From NCBI RefSeq assembly GCF_988243305.1, contig NZ_OZ547136.1: a DNA stretch of 64,000 nt. One strand, given 5' to 3'. Below are positions 24,100-37,596 of the stretch, one piece after another. Numbering within the stretch: the first letter of the stretch is position 1; each line of letters begins with the position of its first letter. The translations under genes were made by a program, and so were the position numbers. The notes below the pieces were generated by a model that saw only the letters and a program-made list of their open reading frames with translations, searched no databases and was not told where the DNA came from.

Positions 24100-24738
24100 C
24101 TACCGCGCACGAATAAAACTGCCATCCGGCTGGCGGGTGAACAGGACCTGTTGATTATTCCCCGTATCAATGGTTAAGCCCGTCACCACGCCGCTGGCGT
24201 TCTGGCGGATTTTCACCATTTGCCCGTTTTGCAAATTACTCAGCGGCTTACCCGCGCCTTCTACCTGCGCCATTGCATAGACATCGGTAGCGGGCAGTCC
24301 GTGGTCGCGGAACAGCTGCGCCATCGTTTTACCGGGTTCGACACGGTAAGAGCGCCATTGATTATCAATTCCGCTATCTGGCTGGAATGGTTGTGTTTGG
24401 GTAGTTTGCGGCTGTTCTTCTGGCTGGCCTTCCTGTATAGGTTCTGGAGCGACCGGAGCCACCTGATCAGGATCATTTTGTGGTGTGACTAATTGCGCCC
24501 GCAGCTGTTCTTCTGTCGGCGGTTGTGATTGCGACTGAATATCTAACTGCGCTTCACGCGTCACCACCGGCGCGTTGGGCGTATCATCAGATGGAAGCAG
24601 AAATCCGACCACCAATATAATGGCGGCAATAATGATCCCCCGACGATGCATCGGCGGCAGCGGGTCCATGAAGCGAAAATTGTCCGGCGCGTGCCAGACT
24701 TTCTCCAGGGTTGGTTTTAGTTCAAAGCGCCCGGGCAT
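24100..24738 (-). CDS. ytfB: Cell-division/OapA-like LysM-domain protein YtfB
   Basis: 212-aa [34 protein letters not shown]... with Q/P-rich linker. Confidence 0.8.
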
Positions 24739-24956
24739 GGTTTCCTCCTGCTCCGCGTCTTGTTCCTCAATCATAGCCTATGAATAAGCTAACGCTATGA
24801 TGTCCGTGGTAAACCCGCCTTTATTATATTCATACGGGATATTGCTATTGTTTCTTTTTCCCCGGGATTTGTCATCATTCCTGCGACAAAGTTTTACCCA
24901 AAGAAGTGTGGCTGATATGCTGCCCGCTACTTTTATACCCTAAGAAAGGAAATACG

Positions 24957-25577
24957 ATGACCACCCCAACTTTTGACACCATCGAAGCGCAAGCAAGCTA
25001 CGGCATTGGTTTACAGGTAGGCCAACAACTGAGTGAATCTGGCCTGCAAGGGCTGCTGCCGGAGGCGCTGGTGGCTGGTATTGCAGATGCGCTGGAAGGC
25101 AAACATCCGGCTGTTCCGGTTGATGTGGTGCATCGCGCGCTGCGTGAAATCCACGAACGCGCCGATGCCGTTCGTCGTCAGCGTTTCCAGGCGATGGCTG
25201 CCGAAGGTGTGAAATATCTTGAAGAAAATGCCAAAAAAGAAGGTGTGAACAGCACCGAATCTGGCCTGCAATTCCGCGTGATCAACCAGGGTGAAGGCGC
25301 AATTCCGGCACGTACTGACCGCGTTCGTGTTCATTACACCGGTAAACTGATCGACGGCACCGTGTTTGACAGCTCCGTTGCTCGTGGTGAACCCGCTGAA
25401 TTCCCGGTTAATGGCGTGATCCCTGGCTGGATTGAAGCACTGACTCTGATGCCGGTAGGTTCTAAATGGGAACTGACTATCCCGCAGGAACTGGCATATG
25501 GCGAGCGCGGCGCAGGCGCATCCATCCCTCCGTTCAGCACCCTGGTGTTTGAAGTCGAACTGCTGGAAATCCTCTAA
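24957..25577 (+). CDS. fklB: FKBP-type peptidyl-prolyl cis-trans isomerase
   Basis: 206-aa [20 protein letters not shown]... with FKBP domain (...[16 protein letters not shown]...). Confidence 0.9.
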   Translation: MTTPTFDTIEAQASYGIGLQVGQQLSESGLQGLLPEALVAGIADALEGKHPAVPVDVVHRALREIHERADAVRRQRFQAMAAEGVKYLEENAKKEGVNSTESGLQFRVINQGEGAIPARTDRVRVHYTGKLIDGTVFDSSVARGEPAEFPVNGVIPGWIEALTLMPVGSKWELTIPQELAYGERGAGASIPPFSTLVFEVELLEIL

Positions 25578-25885
25578 GCAGCGCATTCTGTTCCCCTCGA
25601 ACCAGAGGGGAGCAGGCATTCAGCAATAAACCCTTCAGTTTGCCAAACGGCGCTATTTTGTGTTGCAAAGACCCCGTAAGCGTGTATTTTTGTGAGCTGT
25701 TTCGCGTTATCACCGTGATATGACACTCACTTTAAACATAAAATTAACATTAGATCTAAATCTTAGTATTCATCCCGCGTATTGTTACCTAATATCGATG
25801 AGTCCCGATACAGATTCGTCGTATCATAGACTGACTAAAGGCCGTAGAGCCTGAACAACACAGACAGGTACAGGAAGAAAAAAAC

Positions 25886-27298
25886 ATGGTAGATCAGGTA
25901 AAAGTCGTTGCCGATGATCAGGCTCCGGCTGAACAGTCGCTACGGCGCAATCTCACAAACCGACATATTCAGCTTATTGCCATTGGCGGTGCCATTGGTA
26001 CGGGGTTGTTTATGGGGTCTGGCAAAACGATTAGCCTTGCCGGGCCGTCGATCATTTTCGTTTATATGATCATCGGTTTTATGCTCTTTTTCGTGATGCG
26101 GGCAATGGGGGAATTGCTGCTTTCGAATCTGGAATACAAATCTTTTAGTGACTTCGCTTCCGATTTACTCGGGCCGTGGGCAGGATATTTCACCGGCTGG
26201 ACTTACTGGTTCTGCTGGGTTGTAACCGGTATGGCAGACGTGGTGGCGATCACTGCTTATGCTCAGTTCTGGTTCCCCGATCTCTCCGACTGGGTCGCCT
26301 CGCTGGCGGTGATAGTGCTGCTGTTGACGCTCAACCTTGCCACCGTGAAAATGTTCGGTGAGATGGAGTTCTGGTTTGCGATGATCAAAATCGTCGCCAT
26401 CGTGTCGCTGATTGTCGTCGGCCTGGTCATGGTGGCGATGCACTTTCAGTCACCGACCGGTGTGGAAGCGTCATTCGCGCATTTGTGGAATGACGGCGGC
26501 TGGTTCCCGAAAGGTTTAAGTGGCTTCTTTGCCGGATTCCAGATAGCGGTTTTCGCTTTCGTGGGGATTGAGCTGGTAGGTACAACAGCTGCGGAAACCA
26601 AAGATCCGGAGAAATCACTGCCACGCGCGATTAACTCCATTCCGATCCGTATCATTATGTTCTACGTCTTCGCGCTGATTGTGATTATGTCCGTGACGCC
26701 GTGGAGTTCGGTAGTCCCGGAGAAAAGCCCGTTTGTTGAACTGTTCGTGTTGGTAGGGCTGCCTGCTGCCGCAAGCGTGATCAACTTTGTGGTGCTGACC
26801 TCTGCGGCGTCTTCCGCTAACAGCGGCGTCTTCTCTACCAGCCGTATGCTGTTTGGTCTGGCGCAGGAAGGTGTGGCACCGAAAGCGTTCGCTAAACTTT
26901 CTAAGCGCGCAGTACCAGCGAAAGGGCTGACCTTCTCCTGCATCTGCCTGCTCGGTGGCGTGGTGATGCTGTATGTGAATCCTAGCGTGATTGGCGCGTT
27001 CACGATGATTACAACCGTTTCCGCGATTCTGTTTATGTTCGTCTGGACGATTATCCTTTGCTCGTACCTGGTTTACCGCAAACAGCGTCCTCATCTGCAT
27101 GAGAAGTCGATCTACAAGATGCCGCTCGGCAAGCTGATGTGCTGGGTATGTATGGCGTTCTTTGTGTTCGTGGTCGTGTTGCTGACACTGGAAGATGACA
27201 CTCGCCAGGCGCTGTTGGTCACCCCGCTGTGGTTTATCGCACTGGGGCTGGGCTGGTTGTTTATTGGTAAGAAGCGGGCTGCTGAACTGCGGAAATAA
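25886..27298 (+). CDS. cycA: D-serine/D-alanine/glycine:H+ symporter (APC family)
   Basis: 470-aa MVDQVKVVADDQAPAEQSLRRNLTNRHIQLIAIGGAIGTGLFMGSG... Confidence 0.9.
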   Translation: MVDQVKVVADDQAPAEQSLRRNLTNRHIQLIAIGGAIGTGLFMGSGKTISLAGPSIIFVYMIIGFMLFFVMRAMGELLLSNLEYKSFSDFASDLLGPWAGYFTGWTYWFCWVVTGMADVVAITAYAQFWFPDLSDWVASLAVIVLLLTLNLATVKMFGEMEFWFAMIKIVAIVSLIVVGLVMVAMHFQSPTGVEASFAHLWNDGGWFPKGLSGFFAGFQIAVFAFVGIELVGTTAAETKDPEKSLPRAINSIPIRIIMFYVFALIVIMSVTPWSSVVPEKSPFVELFVLVGLPAAASVINFVVLTSAASSANSGVFSTSRMLFGLAQEGVAPKAFAKLSKRAVPAKGLTFSCICLLGGVVMLYVNPSVIGAFTMITTVSAILFMFVWTIILCSYLVYRKQRPHLHEKSIYKMPLGKLMCWVCMAFFVFVVVLLTLEDDTRQALLVTPLWFIALGLGWLFIGKKRAAELRK

Positions 27299-27311
27299 CC
27301 GCATTATCATG

Positions 27312-27340
27312 CTGGATGGCGCAATGCCATCCAGCTTTTA
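27312..27340. terminator. Bidirectional hairpin terminator between cycA and ytfE
   Basis: CTGGATGGC-GCAAT-GCCATCCAG stem-loop followed by CTTTTA; convergent genes on either side. Confidence 0.6.
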
Positions 27341-27342
27341 GA

Positions 27343-28005
27343 TTACTCACCCGCCAACGCGCGTGGGAACAGTACATTGTTTTCCAGACTGATGTGATCC
27401 ATCAGGTCATCAATCAGTTCATTAATGCCGTTATACATCGCTTTCCAGGTGGTGCAGGCTTCTGGCGGCGGTGTGACGTTATTGGTAGTGTGTTTGATCA
27501 CTTCCAGCAGTTCGCCCGCTTCATCGTGCTCGCTTTCCATTACGCTGATTGGCCCCATTGCCTGGCTGCCCATGCCTTGTTTGATCATCGGGAAGAGGAT
27601 CTGCTCTTCTTTCATCATGTGGCTGGAAAGCTCTTCATGCAGCATGGTCAGGTATTTTGTCAGCCCTTTTGGCACGCTCGGTTTGTCGGCGTGAACGCGC
27701 TCGACTTTAGTCGCTTGCAGGATCAGCTCCGGCAGTTGCTCGCGGTGACGATCGTGGTAGCGCACGATGATATGGTCGATGATTTCTGCCAGCGGGGCGC
27801 TACGCCAGTCTTTCTCAATCGGTTGTTCAGCAAGCTTTGCCAGCTCAGCTTCAATGACCTCAACATCCAGTTCTTTACGTGCCGCCGCACGCGCCAGCGT
27901 TTGCTTACCGCCGCAGCAGTAATCCATATCATATTTACGAAACAGAGCCGAAGCGCGAGGGATAGAGAGCGCCAGTTCACCTAAAGGTTGGTCGCGATAA
28001 GCCAT
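27343..28005 (-). CDS. ytfE: Iron-sulfur cluster repair di-iron protein (RIC)
   Basis: 220-aa [33 protein letters not shown]... Confidence 0.9.
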   Translation of the reverse strand: MAYRDQPLGELALSIPRASALFRKYDMDYCCGGKQTLARAAARKELDVEVIEAELAKLAEQPIEKDWRSAPLAEIIDHIIVRYHDRHREQLPELILQATKVERVHADKPSVPKGLTKYLTMLHEELSSHMMKEEQILFPMIKQGMGSQAMGPISVMESEHDEAGELLEVIKHTTNNVTPPPEACTTWKAMYNGINELIDDLMDHISLENNVLFPRALAGE

Positions 28006-28112
28006 AGCTGATACCTCATTCTTAATAAGATAAGATGTATTTTAAATGCATCTTTAAGGCAAATGCTATAACCCTTACGTAGCAGAGGCTTATTTAACTC
28101 ACTGCCAGTATG

Positions 28113-29087
28113 TCAACTTTCTGAGACAGATTCAGTTAAAGGCTTTTCCGGTTTTGCTCTGACTGCAATGACCACGCCAACCACTAACAGCGCGATACCG
28201 CTCAGCGTCATCAGCGGCGGCATTTGCTGGCGTATCAAAAAGGTGTACAGCAAACCTGCCAGTGTTTCGAAAACGATCAGCGGCCCGAGAATCACTGTCG
28301 GTAATCGCTGGCTGGCGACGTTCCAGCAGAGTGCGCCAACCCATGAGCAAAGCACGGCTATCGCAACCATCAGACTAATAAACACCAGCGGACGGGGGCC
28401 AAAAGGTAAGGAGAAGTCCGGCGTTTGTATATTCAGCCAGTAACAGGCGACGAGATAGCCGATGAGAGAAACCGGCAGCGTGACCAGCGCCTGCGCCGTC
28501 GCCCACATCATCGGATGTTTGTCGGGATTTTCCCGCAGCCAGCGGGCGTTGCGCAGGGCATACCATGCCCAGCAGACCACGGAAACTAACGCTAGCACGA
28601 TGCCAGAGGTATAACGTGCCCAGTCAAAATCGGGGAGTCCGTGGTTTAACTCAGCAATATTCACACACGCCAGGCCGATGCCAATACAAATCAGTGCCGG
28701 GGCGAGTTTTCCCCACGCGAGTTTGCCGTCGCGCTGGCTATAAAGCAGATTGGCAAAGACAGGAATGACCACCGGCAGGGTGCCAATAATCATCGTAGAA
28801 ACAGGCGCGCCAGTACGTTGAATGGCACTGGCAAGGCAGAAGTAATAGATGAGGTTGCCCATCATAGTGAGCATCAAGGCGGTAAGCCAGTCGCGACGCG
28901 CCAACTGACGCAGACGCACGCGTCCCAGCCAGGCAATGGGTAGCGCAATTAACCCTAACGCCAGATAACGCCCCATCGACTGCAACATCGCCGGGTATTC
29001 CGGCACGATCAACGGCCCGACAAAAATAAGCCCCCACATCAACCCTGCTAACAGGGCGTACAGCACGCCGCTAATCATTACTGGCAT
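28113..29087 (-). CDS. ytfF: EamA/DMT-family inner membrane transporter
   Basis: 324-aa hydrophobic ORF with two EamA-like repeats; K-12 position between ytfE and qorB. Confidence 0.8.
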   Translation of the reverse strand: MPVMISGVLYALLAGLMWGLIFVGPLIVPEYPAMLQSMGRYLALGLIALPIAWLGRVRLRQLARRDWLTALMLTMMGNLIYYFCLASAIQRTGAPVSTMIIGTLPVVIPVFANLLYSQRDGKLAWGKLAPALICIGIGLACVNIAELNHGLPDFDWARYTSGIVLALVSVVCWAWYALRNARWLRENPDKHPMMWATAQALVTLPVSLIGYLVACYWLNIQTPDFSLPFGPRPLVFISLMVAIAVLCSWVGALCWNVASQRLPTVILGPLIVFETLAGLLYTFLIRQQMPPLMTLSGIALLVVGVVIAVRAKPEKPLTESVSES

Positions 29088-29186
29088 CCATTGGTCTGTC
29101 AGAAGAAACGTTCAGGAAGCAGACATGATTGCTCCCGGCATCCCGTCATTATCAGAGAGGATGCGGGAGGATGCCACTTTAATTAA

Positions 29187-30047
29187 CTATTTATTAACAT
29201 TAAAAAGATGGCTTACGCTTTCGGCTAACGTTGTCGTTGGGCGGCCAATCAATTTGCTCAGCGTTTTGCTGTCATCAAACAGACCGCCTTTCGATGCGCC
29301 AACGTCAGAATCCGCCAGCATATCCGCCAGTCCGTCAGGCAGGCCAACGCTTTTCAGCGCCGCAGCGAAATCGGTTTCGCTCAGATTTTGATAGGTAACC
29401 TGTTTGCCGCTCTGTTTGGTCAGCTCTGCCGCTAACTGTGTCAACGTCCAGGCACTATCGCCCGCCAGCTCGTAAACCTTGCCTTCGTGACCGGCTTCGC
29501 TAATCACGCGTGCCGCAGCTGCCGCATAATCTGCCCGCGTTGCCGAGGCAATTTTGCCATCGCCCGCGGCACCGATAAATACGCCGTGCTCCAGTGCTGC
29601 CGGGGCGCTGGCGAGATAGTTTTCGGTGTACCAGCCGTTGCGCAGCAGGGTGTAAACGATGCCAGAATCAGCCAACATTTTCTCCGTCTCGATGTGCTCA
29701 TCGGCGAGGCCGAGCGGAGATTTATCCGCGTGAAGCAGACTGGTATAAGCGATAAATTTCACGCCAGCCGTCTTTGCGGCATTAATAACATTACGATGCT
29801 GCGGGGCACGTTGACCCACTTCGCTGGAAGAGATCAGCAGTAGTTTTTCCACTCCCTGAAGTGCAGATGTCAGTGCGGCTTCATCGCCGTAGTCAGCCTG
29901 ACGCACGGTAATGCCTTGTGCTGTCAGTGCCTGGGCTTTTGCCGGATTACGAACGATAGCCACTATTTGGCTGGCAGGAACCGTTTTCATCAAGGATTTA
30001 ATAACATAGTGACCAAGTTGGCCAGTGGCACCAGTAATAGCGATCAT
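29187..30047 (-). CDS. qorB: NAD(P)H:quinone oxidoreductase (NmrA-like)
   Basis: 286-aa MIAITGATGQLGHYVIKSLMKTVPASQIVAIVRNPAKAQAL... Confidence 0.9.
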   Translation of the reverse strand: MIAITGATGQLGHYVIKSLMKTVPASQIVAIVRNPAKAQALTAQGITVRQADYGDEAALTSALQGVEKLLLISSSEVGQRAPQHRNVINAAKTAGVKFIAYTSLLHADKSPLGLADEHIETEKMLADSGIVYTLLRNGWYTENYLASAPAALEHGVFIGAAGDGKIASATRADYAAAAARVISEAGHEGKVYELAGDSAWTLTQLAAELTKQSGKQVTYQNLSETDFAAALKSVGLPDGLADMLADSDVGASKGGLFDDSKTLSKLIGRPTTTLAESVSHLFNVNK

Positions 30048-30135
30048 GGGAAGTCTCCATCGTTTTGTCTTGTGTTTAAATACGCTAACACCTAAACTTA
30101 CTTTTAGTAAGTACGTACAAAAAGGTAAGTATGAA

Positions 30136-30516
30136 ATGAGTCAGGTTAGCCTGTCACAACAACTGAAAGAGGGTAATCTCTTTGCGGAACAGTGCCCGTC
30201 GCGCGAGGTGTTGAAACACGTCACCAGCCGTTGGGGGGTGTTGATTCTGGTGGCGCTACGCGAAGGTACTCATCGCTTTAGCGACCTGCGGCGCAAAATC
30301 GGTGGGGTGAGTGAAAAGATGCTTGCGCAGTCGTTACAGGCGTTAGAACAGGATGGTTTTCTTAACCGTATCGCGTATCCGGTGGTGCCGCCGCATGTGG
30401 AATATAGCCTCACGCCGCTGGGCGAGCAGGTGAGCGAAAAGGTTGCTGCACTGGCGGACTGGATTGAGTTGAATTTGCCCGAGGTGTTGGCGGTGCGGGA
30501 TGAACGTGCGGCATAA
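30136..30516 (+). CDS. ytfH: HxlR-family transcriptional regulator
   Basis: 126-aa MSQVSLSQQLKEGNLFAEQCPSREVLKHVTSRWGVLIL...; divergent from qorB. Confidence 0.85.
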   Translation: MSQVSLSQQLKEGNLFAEQCPSREVLKHVTSRWGVLILVALREGTHRFSDLRRKIGGVSEKMLAQSLQALEQDGFLNRIAYPVVPPHVEYSLTPLGEQVSEKVAALADWIELNLPEVLAVRDERAA

Positions 30517-30640
30517 CTGCCGGCTGCGCTTATCCGGCCTACGGTTCATGACTTGTAGGGCGGATAAGATGCGCCAGCATCGCATCCGACAAAAGTGCCG
30601 GATGCGGTTGATGATTTATAGGCCGAAAAAGAAGTGTATT
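30517..30640. repeat. REP/BIME palindromic units
   Basis: Tandem inverted REP consensus copies (...CTTATCCGGCCTACGG... / ...GTAGGGCGGATAAG... / GCCGGATGCGG...). Confidence 0.7.
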
Positions 30641-32582
30641 ACTTACTCAAATCCACCTGATAAATCGCAAACCCGATATCATCGGTCGCGACTTTATTCA
30701 TCGGATATTGCCCTTTCTCTTTAATAAACGCCGCGGCTTTATCTGATGGAGAGGTTTCGAAACGGATATCCAGTTTCTTATCGCCAGCTATCGGTGCTAA
30801 ACGCCAGTTGTTATCTGCCGCCGGGTGAATTTCCCCCGCACGTTTCGACTCATCAGCAATCCACGCTGCCAGCACCGAGCGGTTCTCATCCGGTGAAGCA
30901 AAAGCGATATGGCTGTCGCCCGTACCGGCAAATTTGCCGCCGTAAGCGCGATAGTTATTGGTGGCAACCAGGAACATGGCGTTCGGATCAATCGGCTTGC
31001 CATTAAAGGTCAGGTTCTTAATCCTTTCCGCATTGGCATTAACCATCTGGCACTCGCCGTCATAACGGGCAGGCTGGGTAACATCAATCTGATAATTCAC
31101 ACCATCAATCACATCAAAGTTATAGGTGCGGAAACCATCCCAGTTGATGAGTGACTGTGGTTTCGTGTTGTCAGGATCAATCTGGTTAAACTGTCCGGCG
31201 GAGCACTCCAGCCACTCTTTCACCTCTTTACCGCTGGCTTTCACCACAATCAGCGTATTGGGGTAGAGATAAAGATCGGCGGCATTACGGAAGGTCAACT
31301 GGCCTTTTTCCACCTCCACATAGCTTGCCGGATCATTTTTGCGACCACCAACTTTAAACGGTGCAGCAGCTGAAAGCACCGGCAGTTTTGCCAGATCCGG
31401 ATCGCCCTGAATGTAATGCTCGACATACGCTTTTTGCGCGTTGTTCACCACCTGCACGGTCGGATCGTCCTGCACCAGCGCCAGATAGCTATACATATTG
31501 TCGGCGGATTTACCGATTGGCTTGCTGACGAACTGGCGTGTGGCATCGTGATCGGCTTTGAGTGTTTCTACTAGCTTGCTGTCTTCCGCCGCGAGGGATT
31601 TTTTATTGGCGATGTCGTAAATCGGCCGTGCTTCCGCTTTCGCCTGCGTCACCTGCCATTTACCGCTGTTATTACTGAGTTGTAAGTCGACCACCCCAAG
31701 ATGATCGCCCCACATGCCCGGCATTACCGCCGGAACACCATTCAGCGTGCCTTTCGCGATATCAGCCCCTTCGATATCAGCAAAATCTTTACCTGGGAAA
31801 ACGGCGTGAGCATGGCCAAACATAATGGCGTTAACGCCAGGAATTTCACTGAGGTAATAAACTGAGTTTTCCGCCATCACTTTATACGGATCGGCAGATA
31901 GCCCGGAATGCGCCAGAACGACAACGACATCGGCACCTTTCTCGCGCATTTCAGGCACGTATTTGCGCACGGTTTCGGTAATATCATTCACCGTCACTTT
32001 TCCGGATAAATTAGCTTTATCCCAGCCCATGATTTGCGGCGGCACGACGCCAATATAGCCAATCTTCAGCGTCTGTTTTTTTCCGTCTTTATCGACCACT
32101 TCGGTATCTTTAATTAAATACGGTGTAAACATTGGCTGTTTGGTTCTGGCGTCAATGACGTTGGCATTTACATAAGGGAATTTCGCTCCCGCCAACGCAT
32201 TTTTCAGGTAATCCAGACCGTAGTTAAATTCATGATTGCCGAGTGTACCGACCGTATAATCCAGCGTATTCAGCGCCTTATAAACCGGATGAACATCACC
32301 TGCTTTTAATCCTTTCGCCGATATGTAATCGGCCAGCGGACTCCCCTGAATCAAATCGCCGTTATCGACCAGTACGCTGTTTTTCACTTCATTGCGGGCA
32401 TCGTTAATCAGGCTTGCCGTACGTACCAGTCCGAATTTTTCCGTGGCGGTGTCTTTGTAATAATCGAAATCCATCATGTTGCTATGCAGATCAGTGGTTT
32501 CCATGATACGTAGATCGACCGTCGCTGCATTCACACTGGCGGCAATCAGCGTGGCCAGGAGCGTTGCGCTAAACTTAATCAT
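30639..32582 (-). CDS. cpdB: 2',3'-cyclic-nucleotide 2'-phosphodiesterase/3'-nucleotidase (periplasmic)
   Basis: 647-aa [33 protein letters not shown]... with signal peptide and metallophosphatase motifs. Confidence 0.9.
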   Translation of the reverse strand: MIKFSATLLATLIAASVNAATVDLRIMETTDLHSNMMDFDYYKDTATEKFGLVRTASLINDARNEVKNSVLVDNGDLIQGSPLADYISAKGLKAGDVHPVYKALNTLDYTVGTLGNHEFNYGLDYLKNALAGAKFPYVNANVIDARTKQPMFTPYLIKDTEVVDKDGKKQTLKIGYIGVVPPQIMGWDKANLSGKVTVNDITETVRKYVPEMREKGADVVVVLAHSGLSADPYKVMAENSVYYLSEIPGVNAIMFGHAHAVFPGKDFADIEGADIAKGTLNGVPAVMPGMWGDHLGVVDLQLSNNSGKWQVTQAKAEARPIYDIANKKSLAAEDSKLVETLKADHDATRQFVSKPIGKSADNMYSYLALVQDDPTVQVVNNAQKAYVEHYIQGDPDLAKLPVLSAAAPFKVGGRKNDPASYVEVEKGQLTFRNAADLYLYPNTLIVVKASGKEVKEWLECSAGQFNQIDPDNTKPQSLINWDGFRTYNFDVIDGVNYQIDVTQPARYDGECQMVNANAERIKNLTFNGKPIDPNAMFLVATNNYRAYGGKFAGTGDSHIAFASPDENRSVLAAWIADESKRAGEIHPAADNNWRLAPIAGDKKLDIRFETSPSDKAAAFIKEKGQYPMNKVATDDIGFAIYQVDLSK

Positions 32583-32771
32583 CAGGGACATCCTTTTATC
32601 ATCGGGAATACGAAAGAAAAGGGAGAATAAACGCCTTACTTATAGAACAGTGAAGAATGCCACAATTTTACGCTTTGAAAATGATGACACTATCACAGTT
32701 GGCGCATTCATTAACGATAGGGTATAAGTAAAACAATAAGTTAACACCGCTCACAGAGACGAGGTGGAGAA

Positions 32772-33512
32772 ATGTTAGATCAAGTATGCCAGCTTGCACG
32801 GAATGCAGGCGATGCCATTATGCAGGTCTACGACGGGACGAAACCGATGGACGTCGTCAGCAAAGCGGACAATTCTCCGGTAACGGCAGCGGATATTGCC
32901 GCTCACACCGTTATCATGGACGGTTTACGTACGCTGACACCGGATATTCCGGTCCTTTCTGAAGAAGATCCTCCCGGTTGGGAAGTCCGTCAGCACTGGC
33001 AGCGTTACTGGCTGGTAGACCCGCTGGATGGTACTAAAGAGTTTATTAAACGTAATGGCGAATTCACCGTTAACATTGCGCTCATTGACCATGGCAAACC
33101 GATTTTAGGTGTGGTGTATGCGCCGGTAATGAACATAATGTACAGCGCGGCAGAAGGCAAGGCCTGGAAAGAAGAGTGCGGTGTGCGCAAGCAGATTCAG
33201 GTCCGCGATGCGCGCCCGCCGCTGGTGGTTATCAGCCGTTCCCATGCAGATGCGGAGCTGAAAGAGTATCTGCAACAGCTTGGCGAACATCAGACCACGT
33301 CCATCGGCTCTTCGCTGAAATTCTGCCTGGTGGCGGAAGGGCAGGCGCAGCTGTACCCGCGCTTCGGACCAACGAATATTTGGGATACCGCCGCTGGTCA
33401 TGCTGTGGCTGCAGCTGCCGGAGCGCACGTTCATGACTGGCAGGGTAAACCGCTGGATTACACTCCGCGCGAGTCGTTCCTGAATCCGGGATTCAGAGTG
33501 TCTATTTATTAA
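32772..33512 (+). CDS. cysQ: 3'(2'),5'-bisphosphate nucleotidase
   Basis: 246-aa [22 protein letters not shown]...[13 protein letters not shown]... (inositol monophosphatase family motifs). Confidence 0.9.
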   Translation: MLDQVCQLARNAGDAIMQVYDGTKPMDVVSKADNSPVTAADIAAHTVIMDGLRTLTPDIPVLSEEDPPGWEVRQHWQRYWLVDPLDGTKEFIKRNGEFTVNIALIDHGKPILGVVYAPVMNIMYSAAEGKAWKEECGVRKQIQVRDARPPLVVISRSHADAELKEYLQQLGEHQTTSIGSSLKFCLVAEGQAQLYPRFGPTNIWDTAAGHAVAAAAGAHVHDWQGKPLDYTPRESFLNPGFRVSIY

Positions 33513-34059
33513 TTAATTTATGCAGCAGGTCCATCACTTGCTGCACCTCTTCCTGTGTGAGCGCCCCGTCTTTGGCCCATTGCACGCGACCATCCTTATC
33601 CAGCACCACTACAGCGGAACTTTCTTCATCCAGCTGCCAGGCACCGCGCGCGACGCCATTGCTATCGACAATAAACTGCGACCAGGGATAAAGCTTTTTA
33701 TTACTCTCCAGACTGCTGCGCACAAACATCCCTGAACCCGGAATCGCGTCGTCGGTGTTAACAATGGTGGTGGTCTGGTAGCGATCGTGCGGTAACTTCG
33801 CTGATTTAATCGCTTCAATCAGCGTCGCGTTTTTCTCTTTTGCAGAGGTGCGACCAGCAATATGTTGCAGTACTCGCACTTTTCCCACTAACTGTGCGCT
33901 GTTCCAGGTTTTGTAGCTAAACTGATCTTTATCAAGCACCAACTCGCCTCGATCGGTAATGCCAATCGGCGGCACTCGCTGACCGGTTTCGAACTGATGT
34001 GCGGAAGCCATCATCGGCAACAGCAGGCAGGTGAGTGCCAGAATCTTGCGTAGGGTCAT
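33502..34059 (-). CDS. ytfJ: Periplasmic protein YtfJ (DUF1107)
   Basis: 185-aa [31 protein letters not shown]... with signal peptide. Confidence 0.8.
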   Translation of the reverse strand: MTLRKILALTCLLLPMMASAHQFETGQRVPPIGITDRGELVLDKDQFSYKTWNSAQLVGKVRVLQHIAGRTSAKEKNATLIEAIKSAKLPHDRYQTTTIVNTDDAIPGSGMFVRSSLESNKKLYPWSQFIVDSNGVARGAWQLDEESSAVVVLDKDGRVQWAKDGALTQEEVQQVMDLLHKLINK

Positions 34060-34383
34060 GGTGTTTCCTTCTTATGATATGCAGGTGATCCGACCACTTG
34101 GGTCTGAGTTTTAATCATATGTGCTATTTATCGAATTTCCCGCAAGTGTGATGCCAGTTTGCGGTCAAGCGCACAAATCATATGAAAAATGAATGCTTAT
34201 ACTGAAGACCGCGCTTCGGTAAAAAGATAATTCTGAATAATTGTAACCTTTAGGTAAAAAAAGTTATACGCGGTGGAAACATTGCCCGGATAGTCTATAG
34301 TCACTAAGCATTAAAATTTGCGCCTCATAATAGTTGGGCCGATTGTGGCACCGCACAGGCGTAATACTCAGCAGGAGATAACA

Positions 34384-34590
34384 ATGAAAATTTTCCAACG
34401 GTACAACCCACTTCAGGTGGCGAAGTACGTAAAGATCCTGTTCCGTGGACGGTTATACATCAAGGACGTTGGCGCTTTTGAATTTGATAAGGGTAAGATT
34501 CTTATCCCAAAAGTGAAGGATAAGCTGCATTTGTCAGTGATGTCCGAAGTTAACCGTCAGGTTATGCGTCTGCAAACAGAGATGGCTTAA
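34384..34590 (+). CDS. ytfK: Small protein YtfK (DUF1107)
   Basis: 68-aa [44 protein letters not shown]...; start at ATG 34384 preceded by AGGAGA. Confidence 0.8.
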
Positions 34591-34651
34591 CCAAAGTGCT
34601 ATGCAGTAATAAGACGGCTCCTGATTCAGGAGCCGTTGATGTTTCTGGGGG

Positions 34652-35995
34652 TTACGCGACGCTTTCTTCTTTATCTTTAGCGTCAGGCAGTTTTGGCGAA
34701 AGGGCGGTGGCCTTGCTGTCGATCCGGGTCACCAGCAGCTGGTCGATGCGGTAGTTATCGATATCCACCACTTCAAATTTGTAGCCGGCGAATTTCACCG
34801 AATCGGTGCGTTTCGGGATCTTACGCAGCATAAACATCATAAAGCCGCCGATGGTTTCGTAGTTGCCCGACTGCGGGAACTCGTCAATATCCAGCACGCG
34901 CATGACGTCGTCAATTGGGGTGCCGCCGTCAATCAGCCATGAGTTCTCATCACGGGCGACAATCTGCTCTTCCAGCCCCTGACCGACTAGATCGCCCATC
35001 AGCGTGGTCATCACGTCATTGAGGGTGATGATCCCCACCACCAGCGCGTACTCGTTCATGATCACCGCGAAGTCTTCACCTGCGGTTTTAAAACTTTCCA
35101 ACGCCTCTGAAAGGGTTAACGTATCCGGCACAATCAGCGTGTTGCGAATTTGTACGCCGCTGTTCAGTGCCAGGCTTTGGTTAGCCAGCACGCGGTTCAG
35201 CAGGTCTTTAGAATCGACATAGCCGATGATGTGGTCAATATCTTCATTACAGACGAGGAACTTAGAGTGCGGATGTTCCGCCACCTTATTCTTCAGGCTT
35301 TGCTCATCTTCGTGGAGATCAAACCAAATCACGTTTTCACGCGGTGTCATTGACGACGGAACGGTACGGGATTCCAGCTCAAAGACGTTTTCAATCAGCT
35401 CGTGTTCCTGTTTACGTAACACGCCCGCCAGCGCACCGGCTTCCACTACCGCGTAGATGTCATCAGAAGTGATGTCATCTTTACGTACCATTGGCAGTTT
35501 GAAAATACGGAAGATTATGTTCGCCAGTCCGTTGAAGAACCACACCAGCGGGGTGCAAACGTACAGGCAGAAGCGCATCGGGTTGATGATACGCAAAGCG
35601 ACAGCTTCTGGTGCAATCATACCGATGCGTTTCGGGGTTAAATCCGCAAACAGGATAAACATGCCAGTCACTAACGAGAAAGAGAGAATAAAGCTCAGTT
35701 GCTCAGAGAGCTCTGCCGACATATAGCGGGAGAACAGGCTGTGAAAAGCTGGAGAAAATGCCGCATCACCGACGATACCGCCGAGAATCGCCACTGCGTT
35801 CAGACCGATTTGGACCACGGTAAAGAACATGCCGGGATTTTCCTGCATATTCAGAACGCGTTGGGCATTTATATTGCCTTCATCAGCCAGCAGTTTAAGT
35901 TTGATTTTGCGTGAGGCGGCAAGTGAGATCTCGGACATCGAGAAGAACGCACTTACAGCGATCAAGCAGAGTATGACTAAAATACTGTTTAACAT
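34652..35995 (-). CDS. ytfL: CNNM/CorC-HlyC family membrane protein with CBS pair (polyamine/cation export)
   Basis: 447-aa MLNSILVILCLIAVSAFFSMSEISLAASRKIKLKLLADEGNINAQRVL... Confidence 0.85.
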   Translation of the reverse strand: MLNSILVILCLIAVSAFFSMSEISLAASRKIKLKLLADEGNINAQRVLNMQENPGMFFTVVQIGLNAVAILGGIVGDAAFSPAFHSLFSRYMSAELSEQLSFILSFSLVTGMFILFADLTPKRIGMIAPEAVALRIINPMRFCLYVCTPLVWFFNGLANIIFRIFKLPMVRKDDITSDDIYAVVEAGALAGVLRKQEHELIENVFELESRTVPSSMTPRENVIWFDLHEDEQSLKNKVAEHPHSKFLVCNEDIDHIIGYVDSKDLLNRVLANQSLALNSGVQIRNTLIVPDTLTLSEALESFKTAGEDFAVIMNEYALVVGIITLNDVMTTLMGDLVGQGLEEQIVARDENSWLIDGGTPIDDVMRVLDIDEFPQSGNYETIGGFMMFMLRKIPKRTDSVKFAGYKFEVVDIDNYRIDQLLVTRIDSKATALSPKLPDAKDKEESVA

Positions 35996-36194
35996 ATCTT
36001 ATCCGACCTTTCAGGCCAGATCCTCGGAAGGGGAAGTTGATTAATTTGTGTGAAATACACATTGAAAGCCGATTCGAAGAAAGTGAACCGGCATTTTCAG
36101 TGGCTAGTATAGCGTAAGGTACTGTAAAGTCGCCAGAGGGTTAAAATTCAGACTGCTGATAAATGCAATACTGCCTGATGCGCTATGCCAATCA

Positions 36195-37420
<1,226 letters not shown>

Positions 37421-37421
37421 C

Positions 37422-37480
<59 letters not shown>

Positions 37481-37596
37481 GCAGTCCTTGCAATATATTG
37501 AATTTGGACGATTTTGTAGGCCTGGTAAGGCGTTTACGCCGCATCTGGCATAAATAAAGCGCACTTTATCAACAATCTACATTTGTACCCGTAACG

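Noticed and set aside
30517-30640. Possible CRISPR array among repeated palindromic units (also at 46471-46600, 52711-52865, 55850-55965)
   Set aside because: Repeats are imperfect palindromes of REP/BIME type in inverted orientation, not regularly spaced direct repeats with unique spacers; no cas genes in the window.
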